Source of the DNA: an uncultured delta proteobacterium
GTDB taxonomy: Bacteria; Desulfobacterota; Binatia; UBA9968
Reading direction: 5' to 3'
Assembly: GCA_963727625.1 (NCBI GenBank)
Contig: CAVSHR010000004.1
Coordinates: forward strand, 800,001 to 864,000
DNA: 64,000 bases
Below the pieces are notes generated by a model. The model worked only from the letters and a program-made list of their open reading frames with translations. It did not search any database and was not told the origin of the DNA. Made by a program: the position numbers and the translations under genes. Positions 50,543 to 61,100 of the stretch are shown here, one piece after another; position 1 is the stretch's first letter, and the number at the start of each line of letters is the position of its first letter.

Positions 50543-50603
50543 AGCTAACGCGTCGGCGCTGAGCGCCCGAGACCCGCGAGCACCGCAATCCTCGGGTCGC
50601 CCC
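50543..50603 (-). mobile_element. Truncated attC site (hairpin, L' and R' only)
   Basis: Minus strand CCCGAG...CTCGGG hairpin, then GCTCAGCG...GTTAGCT; R''/L'' replaced by the duplicated gene fragment. Confidence 0.6.
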
Positions 50604-50965
50604 CGCAGATCGACGTCAATCCGAAAGTTCTTCGGGAAACCGTCGACCGCTGGAACACGCTGTGCGGCGAAAGCACAGATAAAGACCACAAACGTCCGCC
50701 AAAAACTATGATGCCGATCAAGACCGGCCCGTTTTGCGTAGTCGAAGCTTGGCCGATCGTCAACAACACCCAGGGCGGCCCCGAGCACGACGTCGAGCAG
50801 CGCGTGTTGGACCCGATGAAAAAACCGATCCCGCGCCTCTACGTCGCCGGGGAAATCAGTTCGATCTACGGCCATCTCTATCTGGAAGCGGGAAACATCA
50901 CCGAATGTTTCGTGGCAGGAAAAATCGCAGGGCAAAACGCGGCAACGGAAAAGGGTTGGGACTAA
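50604..50965 (+). pseudogene. Diverged copy of the last ~360 bp of the FAD oxidoreductase gene
   Basis: QIDVNPKVLRETVDRWN...EKGWD* matches 49545-49906, with mostly third-position differences. Confidence 0.92.
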
Positions 50966-51024
50966 CGACCGCGCTAAGCGGCCGAAGCAAGCGGCGAAGG
51001 TCCGTCTTCAGCACACGGTTAGCC
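50960..51024 (-). mobile_element. Integron attC site closing the HEPN-protein cassette
   Basis: Minus strand GGCTAAC...GCTGAAGACGG...CCGCTTAGC...GTTAGTC. Confidence 0.82.
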
Positions 51025-51119
51025 GTCTTTTGATACGCGATCATGAATCACCTCTCCATACAAGGCTACCCTGCCATACTCTGTCAACGTATCCGCCAAA
51101 ACGAGCGGGTGCGCCTGGG

Positions 51120-51655
51120 TCCGGCTACAAGCCGGCTAAAGTTCCCGCCCCAATGGGCGGCTGTAGATGGTCTTAACCGTCTACTTTGAAATCATCGTCA
51201 CGATCATGATTCTGATTCGATATATATTCCGCGATCACCTCGTCGGTCACATTCCCGCTACTGCAGCAGAATTATCCCCGTGCCCACAGATGCCGACCCC
51301 AAAACTGCTTCTGCAAATGCGGAAATTCTCCCATCAACTTGTACGAACTCTTCCCCTTCAACCATTGGATCAACGACTGATTGTCACTTGCGGCGGTATC
51401 GACACGAACAGATGCAGATGGTCCTTCGCCACATGTCCCTTCAGGATCGTTATTGTGTTGCCGCAGATATCACGGATTATGTCTCTTACTCGTGTGCCAC
51501 TTCCCCCGTCAACGCTGCCCGATGGTATTTGGTCGTCCATACCAGATGCAAATGTATCTCGAATACCGTGTGTGCTCCGCGTGATACTCTTCATCCGCAC
51601 ACACTACCACAGTATAAAAATGCTAAAGCGTGCTAAAGGGAGGGTTCAACTCAGA
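51120..51655 (-). mobile_element. tnpA: Decayed IS200/IS605 family element (Y1 transposase pseudogene ~51173-51594)
   Basis: HLVWTTKY, GHVAKDHLHLFVSIPP (HUH), LKGKSS, FWGRHLWARG, VTDEVIAEYI spread over several frames; element ends approximate. Confidence 0.88.
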
Positions 51656-52520
51656 GTGAGTGAAGAAGCGAAAACGAAGGCCGTACATCAATGCGCAGAT
51701 CTTCTGGAGCGAAGGCTGTTCCGTGGAACAGCTTGTCGCGCAAACGACCAGCCAGTTCGATGATATCGAAGTGATACTCTCGGCCCTCGATCGTCCAGGC
51801 CCTAACATGTCCGTCAACTGAGAAACCGAGTAAGTAGCGTACCGCTTTTCTCGACGGCAATTCCGCCTTGTTTTCGGAAGCAAGGCACTCGAGAACATTG
51901 AAGAGGCGGGCGATTCGAAATCTAGCGTTAGTTTCCGCCATGGCGTCATGAAGTAACGCCAATGCAAAGCTGTACGTTTCGTCTGCGCCCGCATGTGAAA
52001 ACATCTTTGCAAAAAGCTCTGGCGTCTCCAACGCCATTACGCTGGGAATACGGGTGCGGCTTCCTTCATGCTCCGGTCGAACAAGACGATAGAAACCCTT
52101 CGATCCTGCCGCGTGAACGAAGAGAGCGAACGGTATGAACGGTTGAGCGGCAGGGCATGAAAGCACATGCCGCGCCATATCAAGACGCTGCCTGACGGAC
52201 GCCTCCATATCCTTCGGATTGTCTACGTGAGGAGGAACACAAACAAGCGATACCACGGGTGAAGAGATCAGCCCACGCAATGTTGCGTCGAAGGCGCTTG
52301 GTACATCGAACGTCGCACCAAGTAGTTCGCGTGCATATCGAACCAGGAACTCAACCTGGTCGTCTGAGCCCAGGGGCTGAAGTGGAATAGCCATGAGATC
52401 GTCGTCAAACTGCACGACCTCGCGAAGAAACCCTCCAGAACACAGCTCATGCACCGCTGGTTGTCTGCAGAGAAACTGCTTTGCAGCGTCAGGAAGACCG
52501 AGGTTCTGCCAGGGGATCAC
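51651..52520 (-). pseudogene. HEPN-motif (ApeA-like) cassette protein, truncated by IS200/IS605 insertion
   Basis: SD GGAGG; helical C-terminal region with LECLA and RDKLFH (R-x4-H); probable missing tail HPLVLADTLTEYGRVALYGEVIHDRVSKDG* at ~51111-51019. Confidence 0.65.
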
Positions 52521-52670
52521 GTTGCCTCCGCGCGTCTAAGACGGCTAACTATTAAGTGAACGATTTAGACTGCGCAAGCATTGGCCGCCTATTCCAAACA
52601 ACTGCGTTGCTGATAGACAATAACATTTGCGCGCTGTATCGCTTAGTTCCTGCATGAAAGTCAAGATTTA

Positions 52671-54125
52671 TCATCCCGGCAATTGCCGCTTGGAACCGGA
52701 ACGAATGATCTTGCCGTGAATATTCCGTGGCAAGTCGGCTTTTATGGCGATCCGCCGCGGACACTTATAAGCGTCCAGATGTTGCGCGCAAAAGCTCAAA
52801 AGCTCGCGCTCCGTCACTTGTCCGAGAACAGCCACCTCAGCCTGAACGGCTTCGTGGGTGTCTCCAACTCGCACGCCGAAGGCCAATGCTTCGCTTACCT
52901 GCGGATGGAGCCGTAAAACATTTTCTACTTCGGCGGGTTCGACGCGGTTGGCGCCGACCTTGATAAAGGGACTTTTCCTCCCAACAACGTAAACATTGCC
53001 GTCATCATCGGCTCGCCCAAGATCCCCGGAGCGCAGATAACCGTCGTTAACATTCGGATTAGCTTGCAGCGTTTTGCGCCAGAGCGCCGGGCTCTTCGCG
53101 ATGTCGAAAGTGATCTCGCCGATCTCGGGCGCAGGGAGCTCATGGCCTTCCTCATCGAGGATGACAATGGGAAACAAACCATCGATACGACCCACGGAAT
53201 CGCGCGGGCCATTCAGGTTGAATGTAAAAGCCGGGTGAATCTGACTGCCCCCGTAACGCTGGCGGATCATCAGGCCGAAGCGCTTTTCAAAGCGGTGCGC
53301 CACCGCCGGCGACAATGCCGCGCTGCCCGAAACGCACATACGGACTGAGGAAAAATCGAGTTCGTGGCCGGCCGGAATACTCGCCAGCATTTCGAAAATA
53401 AAAGGTACCGCCCAGAGAATTGTCACCCGCTCCCGGTTGATCGCTTCCGCCGCCTTCACCCGCTCGAAGCGCTCTTGAACCACGATTGAGCAGCCGACAA
53501 ATACCGGCATGATCACGTGGTTATTGATCGCCGACCCGCTGTTGTAGGGACGCGTCGAGAACAACACATCATCGGCGCGCAATTCATGCGCCGCCGCTCG
53601 CATCTCCGCACGGTTCAAGATCTGCCGGGCTGAACGTAAATACAGAGAAGGTTCGCCGGTCGTGCCGGAACTCGAAACTGCGAGAATGGGTTCATCGTCA
53701 AAGCTCCGGTGCCGCGCCCCACATTCCTGACGGTGTGGAAAACGAAACTGCTCATCCGGTCCATAGCGGAGAAAGTGCACCACGCTCGGGCAGCGGTGGC
53801 GAACCTCTGCCAAAAAGAAGTCGGATCCGGCGACCACACGAGGCCCTGCTTGTCTAAACAAGACAGGAATTTTTCCCGAAGGCAGCACGGGCAGAACCAG
53901 AAGTCCGAGCGCGCATGCGGCGAAAAACATCACGTGGAATTCGGGCGACGGCGCAATACCGATAATGATCGGATCACCGGGCTGGAGTCCGAGTGCTTGT
54001 AGATACGCCGCGCAGTCCTCGACTTCTTCTATAAGCTCTCTGTAATCGAGTCGCCTTTGCTCTCCGACAATTGCCGGCGCGGTGGCGCGCAGGCGCGCCC
54101 GCTCACTCAAAAGATCGTAGAGCAA
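52671..54125 (-). CDS. Class I adenylate-forming enzyme (acyl-CoA/acyl-ACP ligase)
   Basis: SSGTTGEP, RYGGSQ, RSGDLG, GRK, YKCP, PRNIHGKI. Confidence 0.88.
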   Translation of the reverse strand: MLYDLLSERARLRATAPAIVGEQRRLDYRELIEEVEDCAAYLQALGLQPGDPIIIGIAPSPEFHVMFFAACALGLLVLPVLPSGKIPVLFRQAGPRVVAGSDFFLAEVRHRCPSVVHFLRYGPDEQFRFPHRQECGARHRSFDDEPILAVSSSGTTGEPSLYLRSARQILNRAEMRAAAHELRADDVLFSTRPYNSGSAINNHVIMPVFVGCSIVVQERFERVKAAEAINRERVTILWAVPFIFEMLASIPAGHELDFSSVRMCVSGSAALSPAVAHRFEKRFGLMIRQRYGGSQIHPAFTFNLNGPRDSVGRIDGLFPIVILDEEGHELPAPEIGEITFDIAKSPALWRKTLQANPNVNDGYLRSGDLGRADDDGNVYVVGRKSPFIKVGANRVEPAEVENVLRLHPQVSEALAFGVRVGDTHEAVQAEVAVLGQVTERELLSFCAQHLDAYKCPRRIAIKADLPRNIHGKIIRSGSKRQLPG

Positions 54126-54143
54126 CTGAAGCCTCCGCTGAAC

Positions 54144-54416
54144 TCAAGTCTTTCCCTGAACGCCTTCGATCTTGCGAATTACGAATTGCGCGATGGCAGA
54201 CAGATCCTGGAAGTTTTCCGGCTTGACGTCGCCATCCTCGACGGAAATGGCAAATTCAGTTTCGAGCGCGACCACGAGCTGCAGCGCCCAAACGGAATCC
54301 ATCAGCCCGCCGGCACCTAACTTAAAATCCGCAGAGACTGCGTCTTGCGCTCCTTCCGGATCCGTGAGGCGTTGCACGATTCGCGCAATGCGCTCAGAAA
54401 TATCGCCCGAGCCCAT
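54144..54416 (-). CDS. Acyl carrier protein
   Basis: GLMDS phosphopantetheine serine motif, LETEFAISV. Confidence 0.82.
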   Translation of the reverse strand: MGSGDISERIARIVQRLTDPEGAQDAVSADFKLGAGGLMDSVWALQLVVALETEFAISVEDGDVKPENFQDLSAIAQFVIRKIEGVQGKT

Positions 54417-54418
54417 TT

Positions 54419-55300
54419 TCACCACCAGGAGTCGCCTCGAAGCATGCGACGCCAAATCCGGGTGTATTCGGGATGCTCGTTCAGATACTTGGTGTAAAGG
54501 GCGCCGAATCCTTCCATGATTTGTTTCTTTACGGGAGCTACCGGTGGATGGATCTGAACGATGATGTTACCGCGCTTATCTGGCAACGTAAAACAAGGAA
54601 GCACCGGCGCTGCAAGCGTCTCCAGAAGCACCAGCGCCCGCGGTTCCAGAAAAAAGCTCCGGTAATCATTGCGTACCAAAACATCGGGCGATCCATCGGG
54701 CTGTCCTCGCACCGAGAGATGAACCACGCGGTTCTCCTTCAAGTGCCGGCGCGCGCTCAGTATTCTTTGCGCGTGATGCCAGAAATCGCCGCGAAAGTCG
54801 ATCACTTCCCAGCGCGTAAAATCACCATGTCCCCAGCGCTCCTCGATGGATTCACTCTCGAGAGGATTGGCCCAACGGCTTACCGGAACACCCTTTTGAG
54901 CGAGAATTGGATCCACGAGCCTGTCCAAGCCATAATAGTGACCGGACAACAGCACCGCACCACCGCCTTCATTTAGAGCACTCTGTAAATAATCCGCGCC
55001 CTCGATCCGTACGAACTGCTCTGCCCGCCACGCCCAGTTTTCCCAGGCAAGTTCCAGGTGATCTTGCCAGCGGCGATACAAGAGATGGCTGCGCGATCGG
55101 CGGCGCACGTGCGCCGGATCATGATGCTTGCGCAGCAGCCTGCCTAAAAATCGTACGCTGCGTCCCGCGTGCGGATAAACTGCGAATACGCAAGCGATTG
55201 TCGCCAATGTGACTAGAAAACACCATCGCGGAGGTGTTCGCCGGGCAAGCCAACGAAGCGGCGGCACTTTATGGAAAACTCGGGAGAAGGAAAATCTCAT
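54419..55300 (-). CDS. Lysophospholipid acyltransferase family protein (LpxL/HtrB-like)
   Basis: RIEGADYL...GAVLLSGHYYGLD (H-x4-D), APVLP, EHPEY..W. Confidence 0.72.
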   Translation of the reverse strand: MRFSFSRVFHKVPPLRWLARRTPPRWCFLVTLATIACVFAVYPHAGRSVRFLGRLLRKHHDPAHVRRRSRSHLLYRRWQDHLELAWENWAWRAEQFVRIEGADYLQSALNEGGGAVLLSGHYYGLDRLVDPILAQKGVPVSRWANPLESESIEERWGHGDFTRWEVIDFRGDFWHHAQRILSARRHLKENRVVHLSVRGQPDGSPDVLVRNDYRSFFLEPRALVLLETLAAPVLPCFTLPDKRGNIIVQIHPPVAPVKKQIMEGFGALYTKYLNEHPEYTRIWRRMLRGDSWW

Positions 55301-55354
55301 CGGTGATAATCGAAAAATCGCTGCAACCGGGCGCTAGCTAGCTCAACCAACCAC

Positions 55355-55758
55355 TCACCGCCTGTTAATCTGCTCGATGTACCCGTCGTCGTCAAGCTTC
55401 TTGAGCAACGTGTGATTGATAATGTTTTCCGGTTTGAGCGTGGCAACTACCGGGTCGGATTCGGCCATGAACTCGATCATCGAAGCGACGCCGACGGCAT
55501 CGATGTAGGGTTTCGGGCTCAGAACTTTCACCGCAGTTTGATAGTGCTCCTCCGCTTTATCGACGCAATCGAGGAGGAGATGCTTTGCCAGGACTTGCTT
55601 CTCCCGCGGCTTGTTTTTGGGGTCGAGGCTGAAGCTGTTGCCGCTGACCACGGCACTTCGACAAAAAGCTCACCGTAATTGAAGGGTCGATTTTCATCAA
55701 TAATCGCAACCCGCGCCGGTACCGCATCTGCCCAACGACTCAAAATGTCGTAAATCAC
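55355..55758 (-). pseudogene. Deletion chimera: AMP-ligase 5' end fused to the 3' end of a substrate-binding protein gene
   Basis: MIYDILSRWADAVPARVAII...FNYGEL resembles the N-terminus of 52671-54125; downstream frame PKPYID...LLKKLDDDGYI resembles binding-protein C-termini. Confidence 0.72.
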
Positions 55759-55812
55759 TGCCTCACCATTCGTATTCAGGCGCTTCTAGCGCGAACGGCC
55801 AGTATGCGTCCT

Positions 55813-56904
55813 CTAAGGATGCACGTCCTGCGTAAACCAATCCAGCGGTACTTCCCTGCCCGCCCCCTGCGCTCTGGCGGCGTCATAGACTTTCTTGCCC
55901 ACTGCCGCGAACTGGGCACCCAGTCCGATATTGTTCACAAAGCCGGTGATTTGATCGTCGCGCTCGCGTCCTTTGATCCGGCCTGCGAGCAAGTCCGGCA
56001 ACGTCGGTAAAGATTTCCAGTCGATGCCGCGTTCCGTGGGATGATCGCGCAGCTTGAAATCGTCCCGCTCAAAGTGGGCCAGCGCCGAGGACGTCACGTT
56101 ATTTTCGGTCGCATGGGTGTGCAACACTAGAGGCTGGCAACTCAGCAGCGCCTGGTCGTCAAATTCGTCGCGCTGCATGGCGCTTATGTGCATACCTTCT
56201 GCGAGCGCCCACTTACCGAGAAACGGCGTTCGAGAGTTGGTCGACGTGATGAGGATATCGACATCTTTGGCGGCTTCCTCGTAGGAGTTCACCGGCACGA
56301 TTTCGACGCCTACCCGTGCGCTGGTTTCCCTGGCGAAGTTTTCACGGTTAACTTTAGTCGGGCTGAACACTTTGATGCTCTTGATCTTGCGCGCCTCGCA
56401 GACCGCCATGACTTGAGTCCCAGCCTGCCAGCCAGAACCGACTAAGCCGACCCTTTCCGCGTCGGGTCGCGCGAGGTATTTCGTCGCCACACCATTGGCG
56501 CCGCCGACGCGAAAGCGCTGCAGCACACCGTCGTTCATGATCGCCAACAGCTCGCCGTTGGCCGTGCTGAAGAGCATGACGATCCCCATCCAGCGATCGC
56601 CCGGCAATTTGGGCAATTTTTCGCGGCGCACGCCTCCGCCGGTGTTCCGCCAGGCAACGATATCCGACGAGAAGCGCAGCGCCGCCGTGCCGAAGTGAGG
56701 ACAAGCACCGGTCATGCTTTTCAGATAATGCGCCATCGGTCCCTCGGCGTTTTGCGCCGCCGCCGTCGGCGAGTGCACGTCCGAGCGTGGCGCCGCCACG
56801 GCAATCCCGTCGCCCATTTCCTTGTATAGTATCTCCAGCGCCTCCATGGTGTCTTTCATGGTGAGCAATTGATCGATTTCTTCGTTGTTGATAAACAGCG
56901 GCAT
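55813..56904 (-). CDS. Ornithine cyclodeaminase / mu-crystallin family protein
   Basis: GELLAI, RVGGA, GSGWQA, GRIKGR...ITGF, GLGAQF. Confidence 0.9.
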   Translation of the reverse strand: MPLFINNEEIDQLLTMKDTMEALEILYKEMGDGIAVAAPRSDVHSPTAAAQNAEGPMAHYLKSMTGACPHFGTAALRFSSDIVAWRNTGGGVRREKLPKLPGDRWMGIVMLFSTANGELLAIMNDGVLQRFRVGGANGVATKYLARPDAERVGLVGSGWQAGTQVMAVCEARKIKSIKVFSPTKVNRENFARETSARVGVEIVPVNSYEEAAKDVDILITSTNSRTPFLGKWALAEGMHISAMQRDEFDDQALLSCQPLVLHTHATENNVTSSALAHFERDDFKLRDHPTERGIDWKSLPTLPDLLAGRIKGRERDDQITGFVNNIGLGAQFAAVGKKVYDAARAQGAGREVPLDWFTQDVHP

Positions 56905-56967
56905 GATGGCCTCGTGAGTGTTGTTCGCGGGTCGTGATCCCTATAAACGGCGGCTTAGGAAGATTGA

Positions 56968-57996
56968 TTATGGATTCTTGCCCCATAGCCTAGCAAAGAA
57001 TCCTTCGTCGACCAGCTCTTGCACCAAACTATTGTCGAAGAACTGTTCGGGCTTGGCCCGCTTCGCCTTGGGATTTTTTTTGGCGATCTGATCGAGGGTC
57101 ACCTGAAACGCTTGAGCTTTCACCAAGGGAATCTTTTCCATGAAATCGTAGGCGTATTGAAGGCTGCCCTCGAGCATTCCCGGATCGTTGATCTTGGTGT
57201 ACTTGGCGAAAATCGCCTTGGTTTCTTCCTTATGAGTATGCATGAAATAGATCGCCCGGCCGTATGCGCGAATGAAAGCTTTGGCCGCCGGGCGATGTTC
57301 TCGTACCCAGCGTTTTGAAGTGGTGAGGCCGATATGCATAAAAGGAATATCTTCCTTTGCCAGGTTGGCGAGCATCTTCATGCCGGCCTTCTGTGCCAAA
57401 TAGACCATCGGCTGCGACATCGGCGCGGCAAAAATGGTTTTCTTCGACAGTGCCGCGGCGAGCTCGGGCATGCCGCCGATTTGAATGAAAGGAACATCCT
57501 TGGCGGCTTCAAGCCCGTATTTGGAGAGCAACATGCGCATGCCAAAATCGGTGGACGCGCCGAATCGGGTAACGCCAACCACCTTGCCGCGTAGATCCGT
57601 AACCTTTTTGATTTCCGGCGCGGCCATGATGTAAAACGCGACCACGTTGGTGATGGCGCCCATCGCCACGAGGTCACCACCGTTCAAAGCCGCGTCGACG
57701 ATCACCTGGCTGTTGGCGCCGGACAAAACGATGTCGCCTGCCAGGGTGGCCCGCGCCACCGTCGGCGAGCTGGCGATGTAAACCAGCTCCATGTCCAATC
57801 CCTCTTGTTTCAGCAACCCCGCATCGTTCATCACCCAAAAGGGCGAATTGAGCGCGCTGACTGCCGACCAGGCAATGACGAATTTCTCTCCTCGCGCAGA
57901 GTTGGGTAACGCCAGATTGATAAACAAACACAAGTAGACAGCTACGCTAGCAAGCCGCGCGTGAATCCTTTTACTGCTTAGCCAATTTTTTTGCAT
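56968..57996 (-). CDS. NitT/TauT family ABC substrate-binding protein
   Basis: Signal peptide after SD GAGG; QEGLDMEL, DLRGKVVGVTRFG, DNSLVQELVDEGFF. Confidence 0.9.
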   Translation of the reverse strand: MQKNWLSSKRIHARLASVAVYLCLFINLALPNSARGEKFVIAWSAVSALNSPFWVMNDAGLLKQEGLDMELVYIASSPTVARATLAGDIVLSGANSQVIVDAALNGGDLVAMGAITNVVAFYIMAAPEIKKVTDLRGKVVGVTRFGASTDFGMRMLLSKYGLEAAKDVPFIQIGGMPELAAALSKKTIFAAPMSQPMVYLAQKAGMKMLANLAKEDIPFMHIGLTTSKRWVREHRPAAKAFIRAYGRAIYFMHTHKEETKAIFAKYTKINDPGMLEGSLQYAYDFMEKIPLVKAQAFQVTLDQIAKKNPKAKRAKPEQFFDNSLVQELVDEGFFARLWGKNP

Positions 57997-58180
57997 AGAC
58001 ACCTCATAGTTCAGGAAAACTTTGATCGATCGGAAGTAATCTCGCCAAATAGGTATCATCGCTGGACAAGACCGGTCAACCAGCGCAGTCAATTTCTCCC
58101 TTCTTAATCAGAAATGGCTGGACAAATGGCTGTTGGGTATCGATACTGGCGAGGCAAAGCGTTACTCTCCGAGTTCAACC

Positions 58181-61100
58181 ATGCCTGTGCCCATCGCAGC
58201 GATCTTCGTAAGCTCCACCTGGGTGGATTTGCAACCCGAACGGGCCGCCGTTGAAAAAGCGCTCCATCGCTTCCATGAGGCGAAGTTTGTCGGCATGGAA
58301 TATTTAGGCAGCCGCGATGAAACGACGCGCCGCGCATCGCTCGACGAAGTCGATCGCTCGCAGCTCTACGTTGGAATCTTCGCCGCTCGCTACGGGTCAG
58401 GGATCACCGAGGCGGAATATCGCCGCGCCCGAGAGCGCCAGCTCGATTGTCTAATTTATTTTAAAGCCGAAGACGCCATCGCGCCGGAGATGCGCGATGC
58501 CGACGCAGCGAGCGCGCAACGCTTGGCCGGCCTCAAAGAGGAATTGCGTCACCACACCGTCACGACGTTTTCGACCGCCGACGATCTCGCCGTTGAAGTC
58601 ACCGCCGACGTACACCGCTGGCTGTTTGATAAATTTCTCAAGGAACGTTTGCAGCAGGAATCGGTCGGCGAAATTTTTAGCTCAAAGACCGGTGAGATTA
58701 ATGCATCCGGCGCGGAAGCCTTCCGGCTCCAGGTCGGCTCATCGCTCGGCAGCGTCCTCTACGCGGCAGCCACGCCGGCACCGCGCCGCCGAACAACCCC
58801 GCTATTACCCAACGTCAGGCGCTTCCGCGGTTTGATCGATCGCACCATCGAAGTCGAAACCACGCTGGCGGCCCTGCCCACGGCGATACCCATCGAGATC
58901 CATGGCGAGACCGGCGTGGGCAAGACGGTGTTGCTGCGCACCATCGCGTATCATCCAAATTTGACCGGCAATCCCGATGGCGTCGTCTACCTCGACCGTG
59001 TCGGCGGCGAGCCCGCTGAAGACTTGCAGCAATGTTTGTACGAAAGTTTTTATGAAAGTGCGCCGCGGATCAAACCGCGCGAGGGCGAACTGCGCCAATT
59101 ACTGCGCGAACCGCGCGCCCTCGTTTTGCTCGATGATGTAACCCAACCCCAACCGGAGCTTGAGTCGCTCTTCAACCTACTGCCGAATTGCTTGTTTTGC
59201 ATCGCTTCCGAAGAACGACGCCTTCACGGCGAGGTTAAGGCGATCGCCCTCACAGGTTTGTCCGCCGCAGACGCGCTGACCTTGACCGAACGCGAGCTCG
59301 GCTCGACGCTTTCCGAAAAGGACCGCGCCGCGGCGCGCCAGCTCTGCGGGCAAGTCGATGGCATTCCGTCCCGGGTGATTTTGGCGATCGCGAGCGCGAA
59401 ACAACAAAGCATTCCTCTTGCTGATTTCGGCACGGCCGACGAATCCACTCGATCTTCCGAACAATCGCTGCGGCACAATATCGAGTCACGCAATACTACT
59501 GAGCGGCGCGTTCTGGCAATGCTCGGCGTGCTCGGCGCATTCGTCTCCAAGGACGCCCTTGCCGCCTGCCTGCCCTCCGGGTCTCTCGAGGCACCGTTGG
59601 AAGCGCTCGTGGATGGCAAATTGATCCAGATCGAGGGCAGCACGATCTCGTTATTCCATGGTGTGGCAAACGCCATGCAAACTGTAACCGACGCGGACGG
59701 AACCTGGCTTGAAGCTCTGCCCAGATTGGCCAGTTGGTCTGAACAACATCGTGCCAATGCCGAAGCGCTCTTGCTTAACTCGGAAGTGCTTCAACGGGCC
59801 ACCGACTGGGCGGCAAACCATGCCCAATGGCCCGAGGTTCTGCGCTTGGTGCACGCTCTCGAACCGACCTTGAGCGCCAGTGGTCGTTGGATGACGTGGG
59901 AGAAATTGCTTGACCTTGCCGCACGCGCCTCCGAAGCATTGGGTGATAGCGCGAGCCGTGCCTGGGCGCTGCATCAATTGGGCAGCCGGGCGATTTGCCA
60001 AGGTGAACGGGAGTCCGCAAATAACTTCTTGCAGCAGGCATTAGCCTTGCGCGTCGAGCTCGGCGACCATTGGGGCGCCGCGCTGACCCGGCACAACTTG
60101 GATCTCTTGCGGCCGCCCGTTTTACCCGGTGGCAGCAGCGCGCCACAGCCATCGGCGAAACACGATGGAGAAATCCCAACGGCTCGGTCCAAGCTAGCCA
60201 GGATTCCCCGCGTGCTTAAATTGACCGGCCTTGGAATCGTGGCGCTCGCCACCGGATTAGCCGCGCAAATTTTTTGGCGCCATGCGGCGATTCCGTTCAG
60301 GTTGGAATTCTCGCCGCCGAGTTTGGAGTTTGTGAGCGCGGCGCTCAATCAACCTAGCCCGGAGCAAACCCTGAGCGTCACCAATCCGGGAAACGCATCG
60401 CTGACCATCCGTAACGCGAGCCTTAGCGGCCCGAGCAGCGGCGCTTTCACTCTGATCGAAAACCGATGCGAGGCTAAACTGCTATCCCCTGGCTCTGCGT
60501 GCAGCGTTCGTCTACGCTTCACACCCGGTAGCACCGAACCAAGCACGGCCCGGCTGATCTTCAACGAAAGCGGCGGCGATCAAACCGCAACAATCGACCT
60601 GCGCGGCGGCATTGAATCGGCCCCCGAACCGACGGCCGCTCCGGTTTTGTCGGTACGGCCCGAATCGGTTGAATTCGGCGGTCGCGAGGTCGGCAACCGA
60701 GGGCGCATCGAGATTACCGTCATCAACAGCGGCAACGCTCCACTGCTGTTGGGCAAATCATCGATTGCCGGCAGCGCTGCCGAAGACTTTGCGGTGGCCC
60801 GCAACGCTTGCGCTAACAGGCCAATCGCACCGCAGGCCGAATGTGCCATCGATCTCACTTTTACTCCCCGCGCCGAGGGCGTGCGCGATGCCGCGCTGGT
60901 TTTAACCGCAAATGACGGCGCGCGCCAGCAAATCACGTTACGCGGCGCAGGAATTTCCCGGCCGGTCGGCGCGATCAGGGCGGAACCGGCCGAAGTGGGA
61001 TTCGGCGAAGTTGATTTACGTCGGCGCGCGGAAGGACAAATAAATCTTGTCCATGGCGGCGCTGCCGCCGTTGAGATCGGCAGAATTGCAATCCGTGGCA

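Noticed and set aside
51167-51763. Plus-strand ORF of 198 aa
   Set aside because: Antisense reading of the IS200/IS605 tnpA pseudogene
52549-52670. Possible attI site upstream of the first cassette
   Set aside because: No adjacent intI and no clear L box; it reads like ordinary host intergenic DNA, though a decayed attI cannot be fully excluded
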